Of a stretch of 64,000 nucleotides of DNA, positions 35,821 to 44,450 are shown piece by piece. A model generated the notes under the pieces. It saw only the letters and a program-made list of their open reading frames with translations. It was not told where the DNA came from and did not search any database. The DNA comes from an uncultured Solirubrobacterales bacterium (GTDB lineage: Bacteria > Actinomycetota > Thermoleophilia > Solirubrobacterales > 70-9): contig CAVXQP010000010.1 of assembly GCA_963763955.1 (NCBI GenBank), positions 156,118 through 220,117 of the forward strand, in the 5' to 3' direction. The translations under genes were made by a program, and so were the position numbers. Position 1 is the stretch's first letter. The number at the start of each line of letters is the position of its first letter.

Positions 35821-37000
35821 TCAGCCCTTCGAGCCCTTGGTGCCAGTGCCGGACTGCGTCCCGCCGCCCTGGGCCTGGCTCTGCGCCTGCTGGAGGAGCT
35901 GGTTGAGGCCGAGCTCGGAGATGTTCCCCTGCAGCACCGGAGTACCGACGAAGTTGGTCACCCCGGTCGCCTTCCTACCCTGCGCCGAGATCGACTGCGA
36001 GATCTGCGTCGCCTGGTCAGTGGTCACCCGGGAGAACCGGATCGAGCCGAAGGCCGGCAGGAGGAGCACCTGCTGGGCGACCAACGGGACGCCGCCCGTG
36101 AGATTCCCGCTCGAGTCCACGGCCTCCTGGCCGAGCGGCAGGGCCTGCGTGTCGGACTTGTAGAGCCAGAGGAGGTAGCGCTCGCCGTTCGCCGTCGGGG
36201 GAAGGTGGACGGCGTTCGCCTGCAGGACGAACGTCGGGGCCTGGTTCCTCGAGTTCGTGTTGGTGTTCTGCTGCGAGGCGCCGAGCGTGACCTGCCCGCT
36301 CGGCGGGCAGCTGGCGTCAGCGGAAGGGCCGTCGGCGGTCAGCTTCATCGTCGGAATGCCTGCCTGCTGCGCCGAGGAGGGGTTGACCGGGGCGCAGTCC
36401 TTGCCGCCACCACCGCCGCCGCCGCTGGTCACGATCACGATCACCACGATCGCGATCACGAGGGCCGCGGCGCCGCCGACGATGGCCTGAGTCCTTCGCT
36501 TGCCGGTGAGCGACCCGAGACCGCTGAAGAAGCCGGCGGCCCGGGAGGCGAAGCCCCGGTCCCTTGGGCGTCGCGGGGGAGGGTGGCGGCGCTTGGGCCG
36601 GCGGGGTCGCGGATGGGGGAGGGGGAGCGGCGGCCGGCGGGGGAGGCGGCGGTGCTGCCCTGCGCCCGCCGCGCGGCTCCGGGATCTCGGGCAGCGTGGC
36701 CCGCGGAGCGAGCAGTCTCAGGTTCTGGACCAGCCGCTGGGCGAGGGCGTTCGCCTCGGGATCGCTTTGGAGATGGCGGACGGCGTCGGCTCGGCCGATG
36801 GGGTCGGCCTGGCCCAGCAGGTAGTCGCTGAGGCCGACCTGCGCATCAGGGTCGGCGCCGCCGATCTCGGTCAGCGCCGAACGCGCGCGGATGCGCACCT
36901 CATCCGGCGCAATGCCGAGCAGAGAGCCGATGTCCTCGTAGCTCTGTCCTCCCTCGAGCAGCAGCTGAAGCATCGCGCGCTGTTCATCCGTGACCGCCAC
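35821..37000 (-). pseudogene. paralog of 35040..35804 (HTH-TM-RskA-like) with an apparent frameshift in its Pro-rich linker
   Basis: The HTH part is in ORF 36317..37000 (TDEQRAMLQLLLEGGQSYEDIGSLLGIAPDEVRIRARSAL). The TM plus RskA-like part is in the frame of ORF 35821..36459 (FFSGLGSLTGKRRTQAIVGGAAALVIAIVVIVIV...ERYLLWLYKSD). The first start codon in that frame falls inside the TM helix. The frame switch must lie between about 36545 and 36707. Confidence 0.55.
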
Positions 37001-37055
37001 GAGCGTGGAAGCCTAGGGCAGCGGGGAAACGCGTGACGCAGCTCTTATCCGGCGT

Positions 37056-37676
37056 TTAGTCGTTCGGGTCGGAGCGCTCGCCCGGGCTGACACGGCGCGC
37101 CAGGCGCGGATAGAACTCGACCAGGCAGTCCTCGTCGAGCTCCAGCTCGGCAGTGAAATCACCGTCGCGACTGAGATAGCGGACCACCGACCCGGCGGCG
37201 GCCGAGCGGACATGCTCATAGCGCTGCGGCGCGGCCTCGACACGGAGGCTGGGGGTCGTGACGAAGGCCATCACGAAGTCTCCGGAGCCGCTCGACTGGA
37301 ACCCGTGGCGACGGATCGGCATGCTGTTCGTGAGCGGTGAGTTCTCGATGTCGATGTCGCGGGCCTCGGAGAGATCCGGAAGCGAGCCGTCCCAGGGACC
37401 GCCGGGGATGTCGCCCTCGTCCTCGACCTCTGCATTCCAGCCGCCCGACCCGTCGTGGCGCAGCAGCAGCTGACGGCGCCACCCCTGCGTGGTCGCGGTC
37501 AGCTCGAGCTCACTGGTGACGAAGCGCTCCGGAGCCTCGAGGCGGTAGTCGACGCGAAACGGGACAGGCTCGGCGCCCAGCTGCGTCCCTGCGGCGCTCA
37601 GGCCGTCATCCCCGAGCTCGACCTCACAGGACTCCGTCAGCCACTCCTCGACCCCGGACCAGACCAGGAATCGCAT
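37056..37676 (-). CDS. putative glycolipid-binding domain protein (PF06475-like)
   Basis: 206 aa. MRFLVWSGVEEW..ESCEVEL.DDGLSA.G....EPVPFRVDYRLE....FVTSELEL......WRRQLLLRHDG.GGW resembles that family from memory. Confidence 0.55.
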   Translation of the reverse strand: MRFLVWSGVEEWLTESCEVELGDDGLSAAGTQLGAEPVPFRVDYRLEAPERFVTSELELTATTQGWRRQLLLRHDGSGGWNAEVEDEGDIPGGPWDGSLPDLSEARDIDIENSPLTNSMPIRRHGFQSSGSGDFVMAFVTTPSLRVEAAPQRYEHVRSAAAGSVVRYLSRDGDFTAELELDEDCLVEFYPRLARRVSPGERSDPND

Positions 37677-37700
37677 GGCGGCAGACTATGGTCCCGCGGC

Positions 37701-38096
37701 ATGGGAGAAGAGGAGACCATCCCGGCGGGCTTCGCCGAGGAGATCGGGGTCGAGTGGATCGACCTCGACCCCGACAACGCACGCGCGCGGATCAAGGTTG
37801 AGACCCGCCACCTTCAGCCGTTCGGGATCGTCCACGGGGGCGTCTACGCCACCCTCGCGGAGAGCATCTGCTCGGCGGCCACCCACGACGCGGTGCACGC
37901 CGACGACATGGTGGCGATGGCCCAGTCGAACGACACGACCTTCCTTCGCCCGACCAGCGAGGGACACATCACCGCGAACGCACGGACTCGCCACCGGGGA
38001 CGGACGACCTGGGTCTGGGATGTCGAGATGAGCGACGACGAGGGGCGGGTCTGCGCCCTCTCCCGGATGACGATCGCGGTTCGGCCCCGGCGGTAG
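37701..38096 (+). CDS. PaaI-family hotdog-fold thioesterase
   Basis: ATG at 37701 in ORF 37455..38096. H.QPFGIVHGGVYATLAES....A, with C-terminal G.TTWVWDVE..D..G..CA. Confidence 0.8.
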   Translation: MGEEETIPAGFAEEIGVEWIDLDPDNARARIKVETRHLQPFGIVHGGVYATLAESICSAATHDAVHADDMVAMAQSNDTTFLRPTSEGHITANARTRHRGRTTWVWDVEMSDDEGRVCALSRMTIAVRPRR

Positions 38097-38132
38097 ACGG
38101 CTTCGCCATCAGATCGCGGCCACGAGCGGCAG

Positions 38133-39911
38133 CTAGCGGGGCAGCTTCCTCATCGAGCCGAAACGGTTGGTGATCGGCAAGCGCCGGTCGCGGCCGAAGG
38201 CCTTGGTCGATACCCGGATGCCGGGCGGAGCCTGGCGGCGCTTGTACTCGGCCCGGTCGACGAGCCGGACGACCTCCCGGACGGTCTCCTCGGGGAGACC
38301 CTGCGCGACGAGCGCATCGATGCCCTCGTCGTGCTCGACGTAGGCCTCGAGGATCCTGTCGAGCGTCTCGTAGGGCGGCAGGGAGTCCTCGTCCAGCTGG
38401 TCGGGTCGCAGCTCCGCCGACGGGGGGCGCTCCAGCACCGAGGCGGGGATCAGCTCGCCACTCTCCTGCTCGTTCCGCCATCTCACGAGCCTGTACACCA
38501 AGAGCTTGAAGACGTCCTTGATCACGGCGAAGCCGCCGGCCATGTCGCCGTAGAGCGTCGCGTAGCCGACCGACATCTCGCTCTTGTTCCCGGTGGTGAG
38601 CACGAGCCAGCCGAACTTGTTCGACAGGGCCATCACCAGATTGCCCCGGATACGTGCCTGGAGGTTCTCCTCGGCCAGGCCGGGCTCGGCGCCCTCGAAG
38701 CTGGACGCGAGCGCATGCCGGTAGGCCTCCATCGCCTCTGCGATCGAGATCTCGATCAGCTCGACCCCGAGGTTCGCGGCGATCGCCCGGGCGTCGGCCT
38801 GGGTCTCGTCGCTGGAGTTGGGGGAGGGCATGACGACGACGCTGACGCGCTCCGGGCCCAGGGCATCGACGGCGATCAGCGCCACCAGGGCGGAGTCGAT
38901 CCCGCCGGAAAGGGCGATCACCACGTGCTCGAAGCCGTTCTTCTCGACGTAGTCGCGCAGTCCCGTGGTCAGCGCCGCGTAGACCTCGGACTCCTCGTCC
39001 GGGAGTGGCTCCGCCAGCCGCGGCTCGACGTGACCCTCCGGCTGCGCACCCGAGCTGAGCTCGGCGAGAACCGGGACGCTGCGCGCGGCGGAGGCGCCAT
39101 CGGTGCGGCCGCCCGGCGGCAAGATCAGATCGCAGATCAGGAGCTCGGGCGCGAACTGCCCCGCCCGCGCGAGCGTCTGGCCGTCGGGGGCGACCACGAC
39201 ACTGGCCCCGTCGAAGACCAGCTCGTCCTGGCCGCCCACCATGTTGCAGAGGGCGAAGGCCGCCCCGTTGGCGGTGGCGCGCTCCGCCACCATCGCCTCG
39301 CGGGCGCGGCCCTTGCCGCGGTGATACGGAGAGGCCGAGGAGTTGACCACCAGGCGGGCGCCCGCCGCCACCTCGTCTCCTTCGGGAGAGCCGGGGTGCC
39401 AGATGTCCTCGCAGACGGTCAGGCCGACGAGCGTGCCGTCGATCTCGATCAGGGCCGGCTCCGTGCCCGGCTCGAAGTAGCGGCGCTCGTCGAAGACCCC
39501 GTAGTTGGGCAGATCGCACTTGCGGTAGATCGCGCGCACCTCGCCGCCGGCGAGAACGGCGAGCGAGTTGTAGGCCGGGGGAGGGAACGCGTCGATCAGC
39601 GGGTCGAAATCCTCGAGCTCGGAGGCGGGCCGCTCCATGCGCTCCGGAAAGCCGACCAGGGCGACGACGCCCTCGACCTCCGCGGCGAGGGCCTCGAGCG
39701 CCTCACCGGCCGCGTCCAGGAAGTCCCTGCGCAGCACGAGGTCCTCGGGCGGGTAGCCGGAAAGGCAGAGCTCGGGGAGCAGCACGAGCTGCGCGCCGCG
39801 GTCCCGGGCCTTGTCGATCGACTCCGAGATCAGGCGCGAGTTGCCCTCGATGTCGCCCACGGTGGGGTCGATCTGGGCCAGCGCCAGCCGCAGATGTGTC
39901 GCCTCGGCCAT
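38133..39911 (-). CDS. nadE: glutamine-dependent NAD+ synthetase
   Basis: 592 aa. N-terminal CN-hydrolase domain (LRLALAQIDPTVGD, LVLLPEL.LSGYPPEDL, CEDIWHP) plus the NAD synthase domain (VIALSGGIDSALVA, SNKSE.SVGYATLYGD). Confidence 0.93.
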   Translation of the reverse strand: MAEATHLRLALAQIDPTVGDIEGNSRLISESIDKARDRGAQLVLLPELCLSGYPPEDLVLRRDFLDAAGEALEALAAEVEGVVALVGFPERMERPASELEDFDPLIDAFPPPAYNSLAVLAGGEVRAIYRKCDLPNYGVFDERRYFEPGTEPALIEIDGTLVGLTVCEDIWHPGSPEGDEVAAGARLVVNSSASPYHRGKGRAREAMVAERATANGAAFALCNMVGGQDELVFDGASVVVAPDGQTLARAGQFAPELLICDLILPPGGRTDGASAARSVPVLAELSSGAQPEGHVEPRLAEPLPDEESEVYAALTTGLRDYVEKNGFEHVVIALSGGIDSALVALIAVDALGPERVSVVVMPSPNSSDETQADARAIAANLGVELIEISIAEAMEAYRHALASSFEGAEPGLAEENLQARIRGNLVMALSNKFGWLVLTTGNKSEMSVGYATLYGDMAGGFAVIKDVFKLLVYRLVRWRNEQESGELIPASVLERPPSAELRPDQLDEDSLPPYETLDRILEAYVEHDEGIDALVAQGLPEETVREVVRLVDRAEYKRRQAPPGIRVSTKAFGRDRRLPITNRFGSMRKLPR

Positions 39912-39920
39912 GGATCAAGT

Positions 39921-40415
39921 ATGGCCGCATCGACGAGGCGAACAGACTCATCCGTGGCTCGGGCTACCCTGCCGCGCGTGTTCAGGCAGGAGAGGAACCC
40001 TCGCAGGCGCCGAGGAGTGGAGCTGCTGGAAGCTCACGTCGAGGACCTATGCCGGGAGTACGACATCGAGCTGGCCGGCTCCTCGTCGCGCGGACGGGCG
40101 ATCCGCTGGCGCGGGGGCAGGCTCGAGATCTCGATCCCGCCGATCCGCGGCCAGGTCTCCTACTTCATCGCCCTCCACGAGATCGGTCACCTGGTCGGGA
40201 AGGGACGCTCGGCTCCCAGGCTCGAGTCGGAGGCGAACGCCTGGCTCTTCGCGCTCGAGCACAGCGTCGTCGAGCCCACCACGGCGACCAAGCGCTCGAT
40301 CTCCCGCCGCCTGCGCGGGTATCTCGAGTGGGCCAGGAACCGCCAGCACCGGCGGGTGCCGCCGAGGATCCCGCCGCGCGAGCACCCCTTCTGGGCGCTC
40401 CTCGAGCTCGCCTAG
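39921..40415 (+). CDS. small hypothetical protein with an HExxH zinc-metallopeptidase-like motif
   Basis: Only the last ~164 codons of ORF 38331..40415 lie outside nadE. YFIALHEIGHLVG ... ESEANAWLFALEH. High GC3. Start ATG 39921 is tentative. Confidence 0.5.
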   Translation: MAASTRRTDSSVARATLPRVFRQERNPRRRRGVELLEAHVEDLCREYDIELAGSSSRGRAIRWRGGRLEISIPPIRGQVSYFIALHEIGHLVGKGRSAPRLESEANAWLFALEHSVVEPTTATKRSISRRLRGYLEWARNRQHRRVPPRIPPREHPFWALLELA

Positions 40416-40502
40416 GGTCCGCCCACACCGCTTAGGCACACCCTCGGCCGCCAGACGATGAGTTTTCGTCTCGCGATCGGTCTCTAGCTGTGGCAGAGCA
40501 AC

Positions 40503-41111
40503 GTGCAGAAGGAAGGAGAGCCCGATGTCAAGCTCAAGCCTGAAGCCATGCTGATCTACTCGATGGGCGTCTCGGTGGATGGCTTTATCGCCGACCGCGA
40601 GGGCGCGTTCTCCTGGTCGGTTCCCAACGAGGAGCAGTTTCGTTTCCACGTCACGCAGACACGCGATCTTGGGGGCTTTCTGTTGGGCCGCAGGCTCTAC
40701 GAGACGATGCTGGTGTGGGAGACGGATCCGTCGATGCGCGACAGCGAGCTCGACGCCGCGTTCGCCGACGCCTGGTGCGCGATCCCGAAGATCGTCTTCA
40801 GCCGCACGCTCGACAGCGTCCAGGGCAACGCGCGGCTCGCCGAGGCGTCGGTGGCCGAGGAGGCCGCTGCGGCGCTCGACGCGACCGAGAAGGACGTCGG
40901 GATCGGCGGCGCCGGCCTGGCCGCGGCGGCGATCCAGCTCGGCCTGGTCGACGAGCTGCGCATGTTCCGCTATCCGGTCGTCGTCGGTGGTGGCACGCCG
41001 TACCTGCCGCCGGTCACCGAAGACGTCCCGCTGGACCTGATCGAGACCCGGACGGTCGGCTCGCGCGTGATCTACGAGCGGTACGGGCGAGCGGGCGACG
41101 AGTTGAACTGA
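40503..41111 (+). CDS. dihydrofolate reductase family protein (RibD C-terminal domain type)
   Basis: MLIYSMGVSVDGFIADREG....W, LLGRRLYE, IGGAGLAAAAIQ.GLVDEL......PVVVGGG.P. Homology suggests the start is more likely ATG 40548 than GTG 40503. Confidence 0.78.
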   Translation: MQKEGEPDVKLKPEAMLIYSMGVSVDGFIADREGAFSWSVPNEEQFRFHVTQTRDLGGFLLGRRLYETMLVWETDPSMRDSELDAAFADAWCAIPKIVFSRTLDSVQGNARLAEASVAEEAAAALDATEKDVGIGGAGLAAAAIQLGLVDELRMFRYPVVVGGGTPYLPPVTEDVPLDLIETRTVGSRVIYERYGRAGDELN

Positions 41112-41165
41112 CGCCGCATATCCGCTCTGCATGGAAAGCAGCGGCTCTAGAGAGATACTGGGTGG

Positions 41166-41591
41166 GTGATGTCGGAGGAGAGTCTCGAAGATTTCATCCA
41201 CCGTGGATACGCCAGGTTCAACCAGGCCGAACGAGAGCCCGTTGACGAGCAAGAGCTCGCGTCTCTGGATATCTGGCATCCCGACGGCGTGTACGTGAAC
41301 TCCGCCAGCGACCCCGACCCCGCGACTCACCGGGGAATCGAGGCGGTGAGGAGGCAGATCGGGCGATGGGTCGAGGCCTATCCCGACCTGCAGGTGGAGC
41401 CGCTTGAGATCCAGACCAACGGCGATCGGGCGTTCGTCTGGGTTCGCTTCTCGGGTCATGGTGCGGAAAGCGGGGTTCCAATCGACATGGAGTTGGCTCA
41501 CGTCAACATGGTCGAAGGCGGCAAGCTCCGCCGCATCGAGGAGTATCAGGAGCGAGCCGATGGGCTCGAAGCTGCGGGGCTGTCGGAGTAG
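41166..41591 (+). CDS. SnoaL/NTF2-like fold protein
   Basis: 141 aa. Size and pattern (..F..G......D.......HPD..Y.............G.EA....I..W.......Q.E..E....GD...V.V..SG.G..SG) are typical of SnoaL-like proteins. Confidence 0.55.
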   Translation: MMSEESLEDFIHRGYARFNQAEREPVDEQELASLDIWHPDGVYVNSASDPDPATHRGIEAVRRQIGRWVEAYPDLQVEPLEIQTNGDRAFVWVRFSGHGAESGVPIDMELAHVNMVEGGKLRRIEEYQERADGLEAAGLSE

Positions 41592-41628
41592 CGACCGCTA
41601 CTTGACAGTCGACCCTTCTTCATAGGTC

Positions 41629-43620
41629 TTAACTCGCCGGGACGTCCGGGAACACGTCGACCCACACACGCGCACCCCCGGGAGTGAAGTAGCCGCGCGT
41701 GTTGCGGTCCGGTTGGGACTGCGGTCGGCCCGACAGCGACATCCAGGCGGCGGGATGCACGATGCCCTCGCCCTGCACCCACACGGCCACCGCCGGACCG
41801 GCTGCATGGAACGTCTCATCGACGTTGCACTTGAGCTCGGGTCCTCCCAGCGGATCGCGCGTGCGCGCCCCGCCGGGCAGCACGTAGCGCCCCACGACAA
41901 CACGCTCGGGCGGGCCGTCGAGGCGGTCGAGCAAGGTCACAAGCGTGCTCGCCACGACGTTGGAGGTCTGCGAGCTCGCCGCCTCCGAATCATCCGAGTG
42001 CCCGCAGCCGAAGCGGTCGGTGGAGGAGGGGTCGAGGCCGTTGCCGCGCTCGCCCGGCACACCGACGCCGTTGCCTGTGGGGAAGATGTAGCCGAGCATG
42101 TCGTCGGCCAGGCCGTTGACGAAGCGATAGGGCGCATGCATGTGGGGTAGCGGCCAGGCCGGCAGCGGGTCGGCCGGGAACGGCATGTCTTGCGGCCCGA
42201 GGAAGCCCCGTAGGTAGGTGAACGGGAACACTTCGCCCGGTACGGAGATGAACTCGCCGTCGCCGATCCGGAAGGCGGCGGCCGAGGTCTGAAGCTCGTC
42301 GCCGACCGGCGAGCCCGGCGGGACCTGGGTGCGGCAGTCGTCGGCGAACAGCGGCCGCGGGCCGAAGACCCCGAACTGGCCGCCGAGCCGGAAGAGCAGG
42401 TTCGTCACGGTCAAACAGATCGGCGCGCGCGCGCCGTCGACCACGTTGGAGCGCGAGCCATGGGCTTTGTCCAGCGACTGTGAGACCGCCGCGGCGATCT
42501 GGTGGCCCAGGGCCCGCGTCTCCTGGAAGTAGCCCGTGGGCGCGCGCGAGCCGTTGGCCTCGAACAGCGTTCGGCAGCCAGCCGGGTGGCTCTCGGAGAT
42601 AAAGCGCTGGGGAGTGCGTGAGATCGGCGCGTCGAAGACCTCCGGCGTCTCCACGCTGCCCACCAACCCCGCCATCTCGATGGCCACACCGCCGAAGCGG
42701 TGCTCGAGCGCACTGCGCATGAAGTGCGGCCAGTCGGCGCTGACCCAGGCGCGCTGGGGGTCGGAGGCGTCGCCGTTGAAGCCGAGCGTCTCGGCATGCT
42801 GGGAGACGTCGGCCAGAGTGGCGATGGTGTGCCCGTGTCGGCCCACGGCCTGCAGCACCGGCATCAGCTGGTCGTCCACGAAGGGGTAGGACGACCAGCA
42901 CTGGCGGAGGTTGGCCGGCTCACTGGCCTCGGCGTAGCGGATCGAGGCCGGGCGCATGGCACGGTAGGCGTCGACGATGGCCTCTGCGGAGCGCTTGACC
43001 AGATAGTCCGCGAAGTACGAGTTCACGCCCGAGGTGAACTGGTCGACCCCCGACAGTCCGAGTGTGTCCGGCGCCGATTCGTCGTGCGTTGCCGAGATGA
43101 AGACGCCATCGAGGTGCACCCCGGCGCGCTGCGCGGCGCTGCGGATCCGGTCCTGGTAGATGTTGAACAGGCCCTCCTGGTCGACGACCTCGACCGCGAT
43201 GGTGTGCGGCCCGTTGGAGACGACGATCGCGCGCGCGCCGACCGGGTCCGCGACACGTTTGAAGAAGCGCGGCGTGTCGGCGCCCCCGCCTAGCAGGTTG
43301 CCCTCCCAACGGCCGTTGCCGTTGCAGTCCAGGTATGGGTCGCCCGGCTCAAAGTGGCCCGAGCCCTGGAGGTCCTCGTAGGGCTCCTCGAAGGCGAACG
43401 GCCGCGCGCCGTCGTATTGCGCGCGCTGCGCCACGGTGGTCGCGCAGTCCGAGGGATCGTGGGGCACGAGGCCGGCGCGCGGTGGGGTGAAGTCCCCGAC
43501 CGCCGCCCCGACGCGGAAGTGCGCGGGATGCCCGCGGCCCGCGGAAGCGGAAGCGGAAGGCGCGAGCGCGAACACCATGGACAGCACCAGCACGGCGACC
43601 TTTGCGGCTCCGGCCCTCAT
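41629..43620 (-). CDS. secreted neutral/alkaline ceramidase-like hydrolase
   Basis: ATG at 43620 gives signal peptide MRAGAAKVAVLVLSMVFALAPSASASA. FRVGAAVGDFTPP and VFISATHDESAPD resemble the ceramidase N-terminal domain. The variant THDES motif makes the assignment tentative. Confidence 0.5.
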   Translation of the reverse strand: MRAGAAKVAVLVLSMVFALAPSASASAGRGHPAHFRVGAAVGDFTPPRAGLVPHDPSDCATTVAQRAQYDGARPFAFEEPYEDLQGSGHFEPGDPYLDCNGNGRWEGNLLGGGADTPRFFKRVADPVGARAIVVSNGPHTIAVEVVDQEGLFNIYQDRIRSAAQRAGVHLDGVFISATHDESAPDTLGLSGVDQFTSGVNSYFADYLVKRSAEAIVDAYRAMRPASIRYAEASEPANLRQCWSSYPFVDDQLMPVLQAVGRHGHTIATLADVSQHAETLGFNGDASDPQRAWVSADWPHFMRSALEHRFGGVAIEMAGLVGSVETPEVFDAPISRTPQRFISESHPAGCRTLFEANGSRAPTGYFQETRALGHQIAAAVSQSLDKAHGSRSNVVDGARAPICLTVTNLLFRLGGQFGVFGPRPLFADDCRTQVPPGSPVGDELQTSAAAFRIGDGEFISVPGEVFPFTYLRGFLGPQDMPFPADPLPAWPLPHMHAPYRFVNGLADDMLGYIFPTGNGVGVPGERGNGLDPSSTDRFGCGHSDDSEAASSQTSNVVASTLVTLLDRLDGPPERVVVGRYVLPGGARTRDPLGGPELKCNVDETFHAAGPAVAVWVQGEGIVHPAAWMSLSGRPQSQPDRNTRGYFTPGGARVWVDVFPDVPAS

Positions 43621-43739
43621 TATCCCGACGCCGATCCTACTCCCAGAACGGTTCACTGCTCTCTTCGTGAAGTGCTGGTGTGCCTTCCGTCCCTATCTAC
43701 CTGGAGGATCACACCCCAAGTGGTGCTGGGAGCCCCCGG

Positions 43740-44414
43740 CTAGGCGGCGGTGTTCTTGCGGCGCTGGCCGGGTCGTACCGCTTCGAGGTTGCTGATGATC
43801 ACTGCGACGACCGACACCAGGTAGAGCTGGCCCAGCAGCGCTTCGGTGATCGCCAGGGAGCGACCCAGGTTCGTGGCCGCCACCAGGTCCCCGTAGCCGA
43901 CGGTCGTGACGGTCGTGTAGCTGAAATAGAGGAAGTCGTCTCGGCCGTAGCTGCCGGGTGGATTGAAGAACGACGTGGAGGAGAGATCGTTGACCGTGGC
44001 GTAGGCGACCCCGAAGATCAGGCCGATCAGGAGGTAGAGGCAGAGCACTCCGAACATCGTCTGCAAGGTGACGGCCTGCGTCTCGCGGAACTGCTTGATC
44101 ACCCCGAAGACGAGCGCGACCGGGGTCAGGCCCACATAGAGCAGCGCCACGATCCCGGCGGAGCTGTTGCCGAACTGCCCGCTCCCGAACAGCGCCGCGC
44201 CGGCGCCGACGATCCCGATCACCCCAGCGATGACGGTGAGCAAGATCACCCAGTGACGCGCGCGGGATGCCACGACCGCAGCGACCAGCACAGCGGCCTG
44301 GAGGATCACCCCGACGAAACGCCCGCCGTCCCCGCTGGGCGCTGCCAGCGTGAAGGTGACCGTCGCGAGGATCAGCAGGAGGACGATGCCGAAGCGGTAG
44401 TGGATCCGGTGCAC
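43740..44414 (-). CDS. potassium channel family protein (two-TM pore domain preceded by extra TM segments)
   Basis: 224 aa. Selectivity filter TTVTTVGYGDLVA, multiple TM segments, no obvious cytoplasmic RCK domain. Confidence 0.82.
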   Translation of the reverse strand: MHRIHYRFGIVLLLILATVTFTLAAPSGDGGRFVGVILQAAVLVAAVVASRARHWVILLTVIAGVIGIVGAGAALFGSGQFGNSSAGIVALLYVGLTPVALVFGVIKQFRETQAVTLQTMFGVLCLYLLIGLIFGVAYATVNDLSSTSFFNPPGSYGRDDFLYFSYTTVTTVGYGDLVAATNLGRSLAITEALLGQLYLVSVVAVIISNLEAVRPGQRRKNTAA

Positions 44415-44450
44415 GCGGGCATCTTCGCCCGGGCACAGGACGCCACTGCC

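Noticed and set aside
38331-39900. Upstream 530 codons of the 694-aa plus-strand ORF, and the 516-aa minus ORF 37969..39519
   Set aside because: Both overlap nadE, which has full-length CN-hydrolase and NAD-synthase motifs. Only the last ~164 codons of the plus ORF, outside nadE, look like a real gene.
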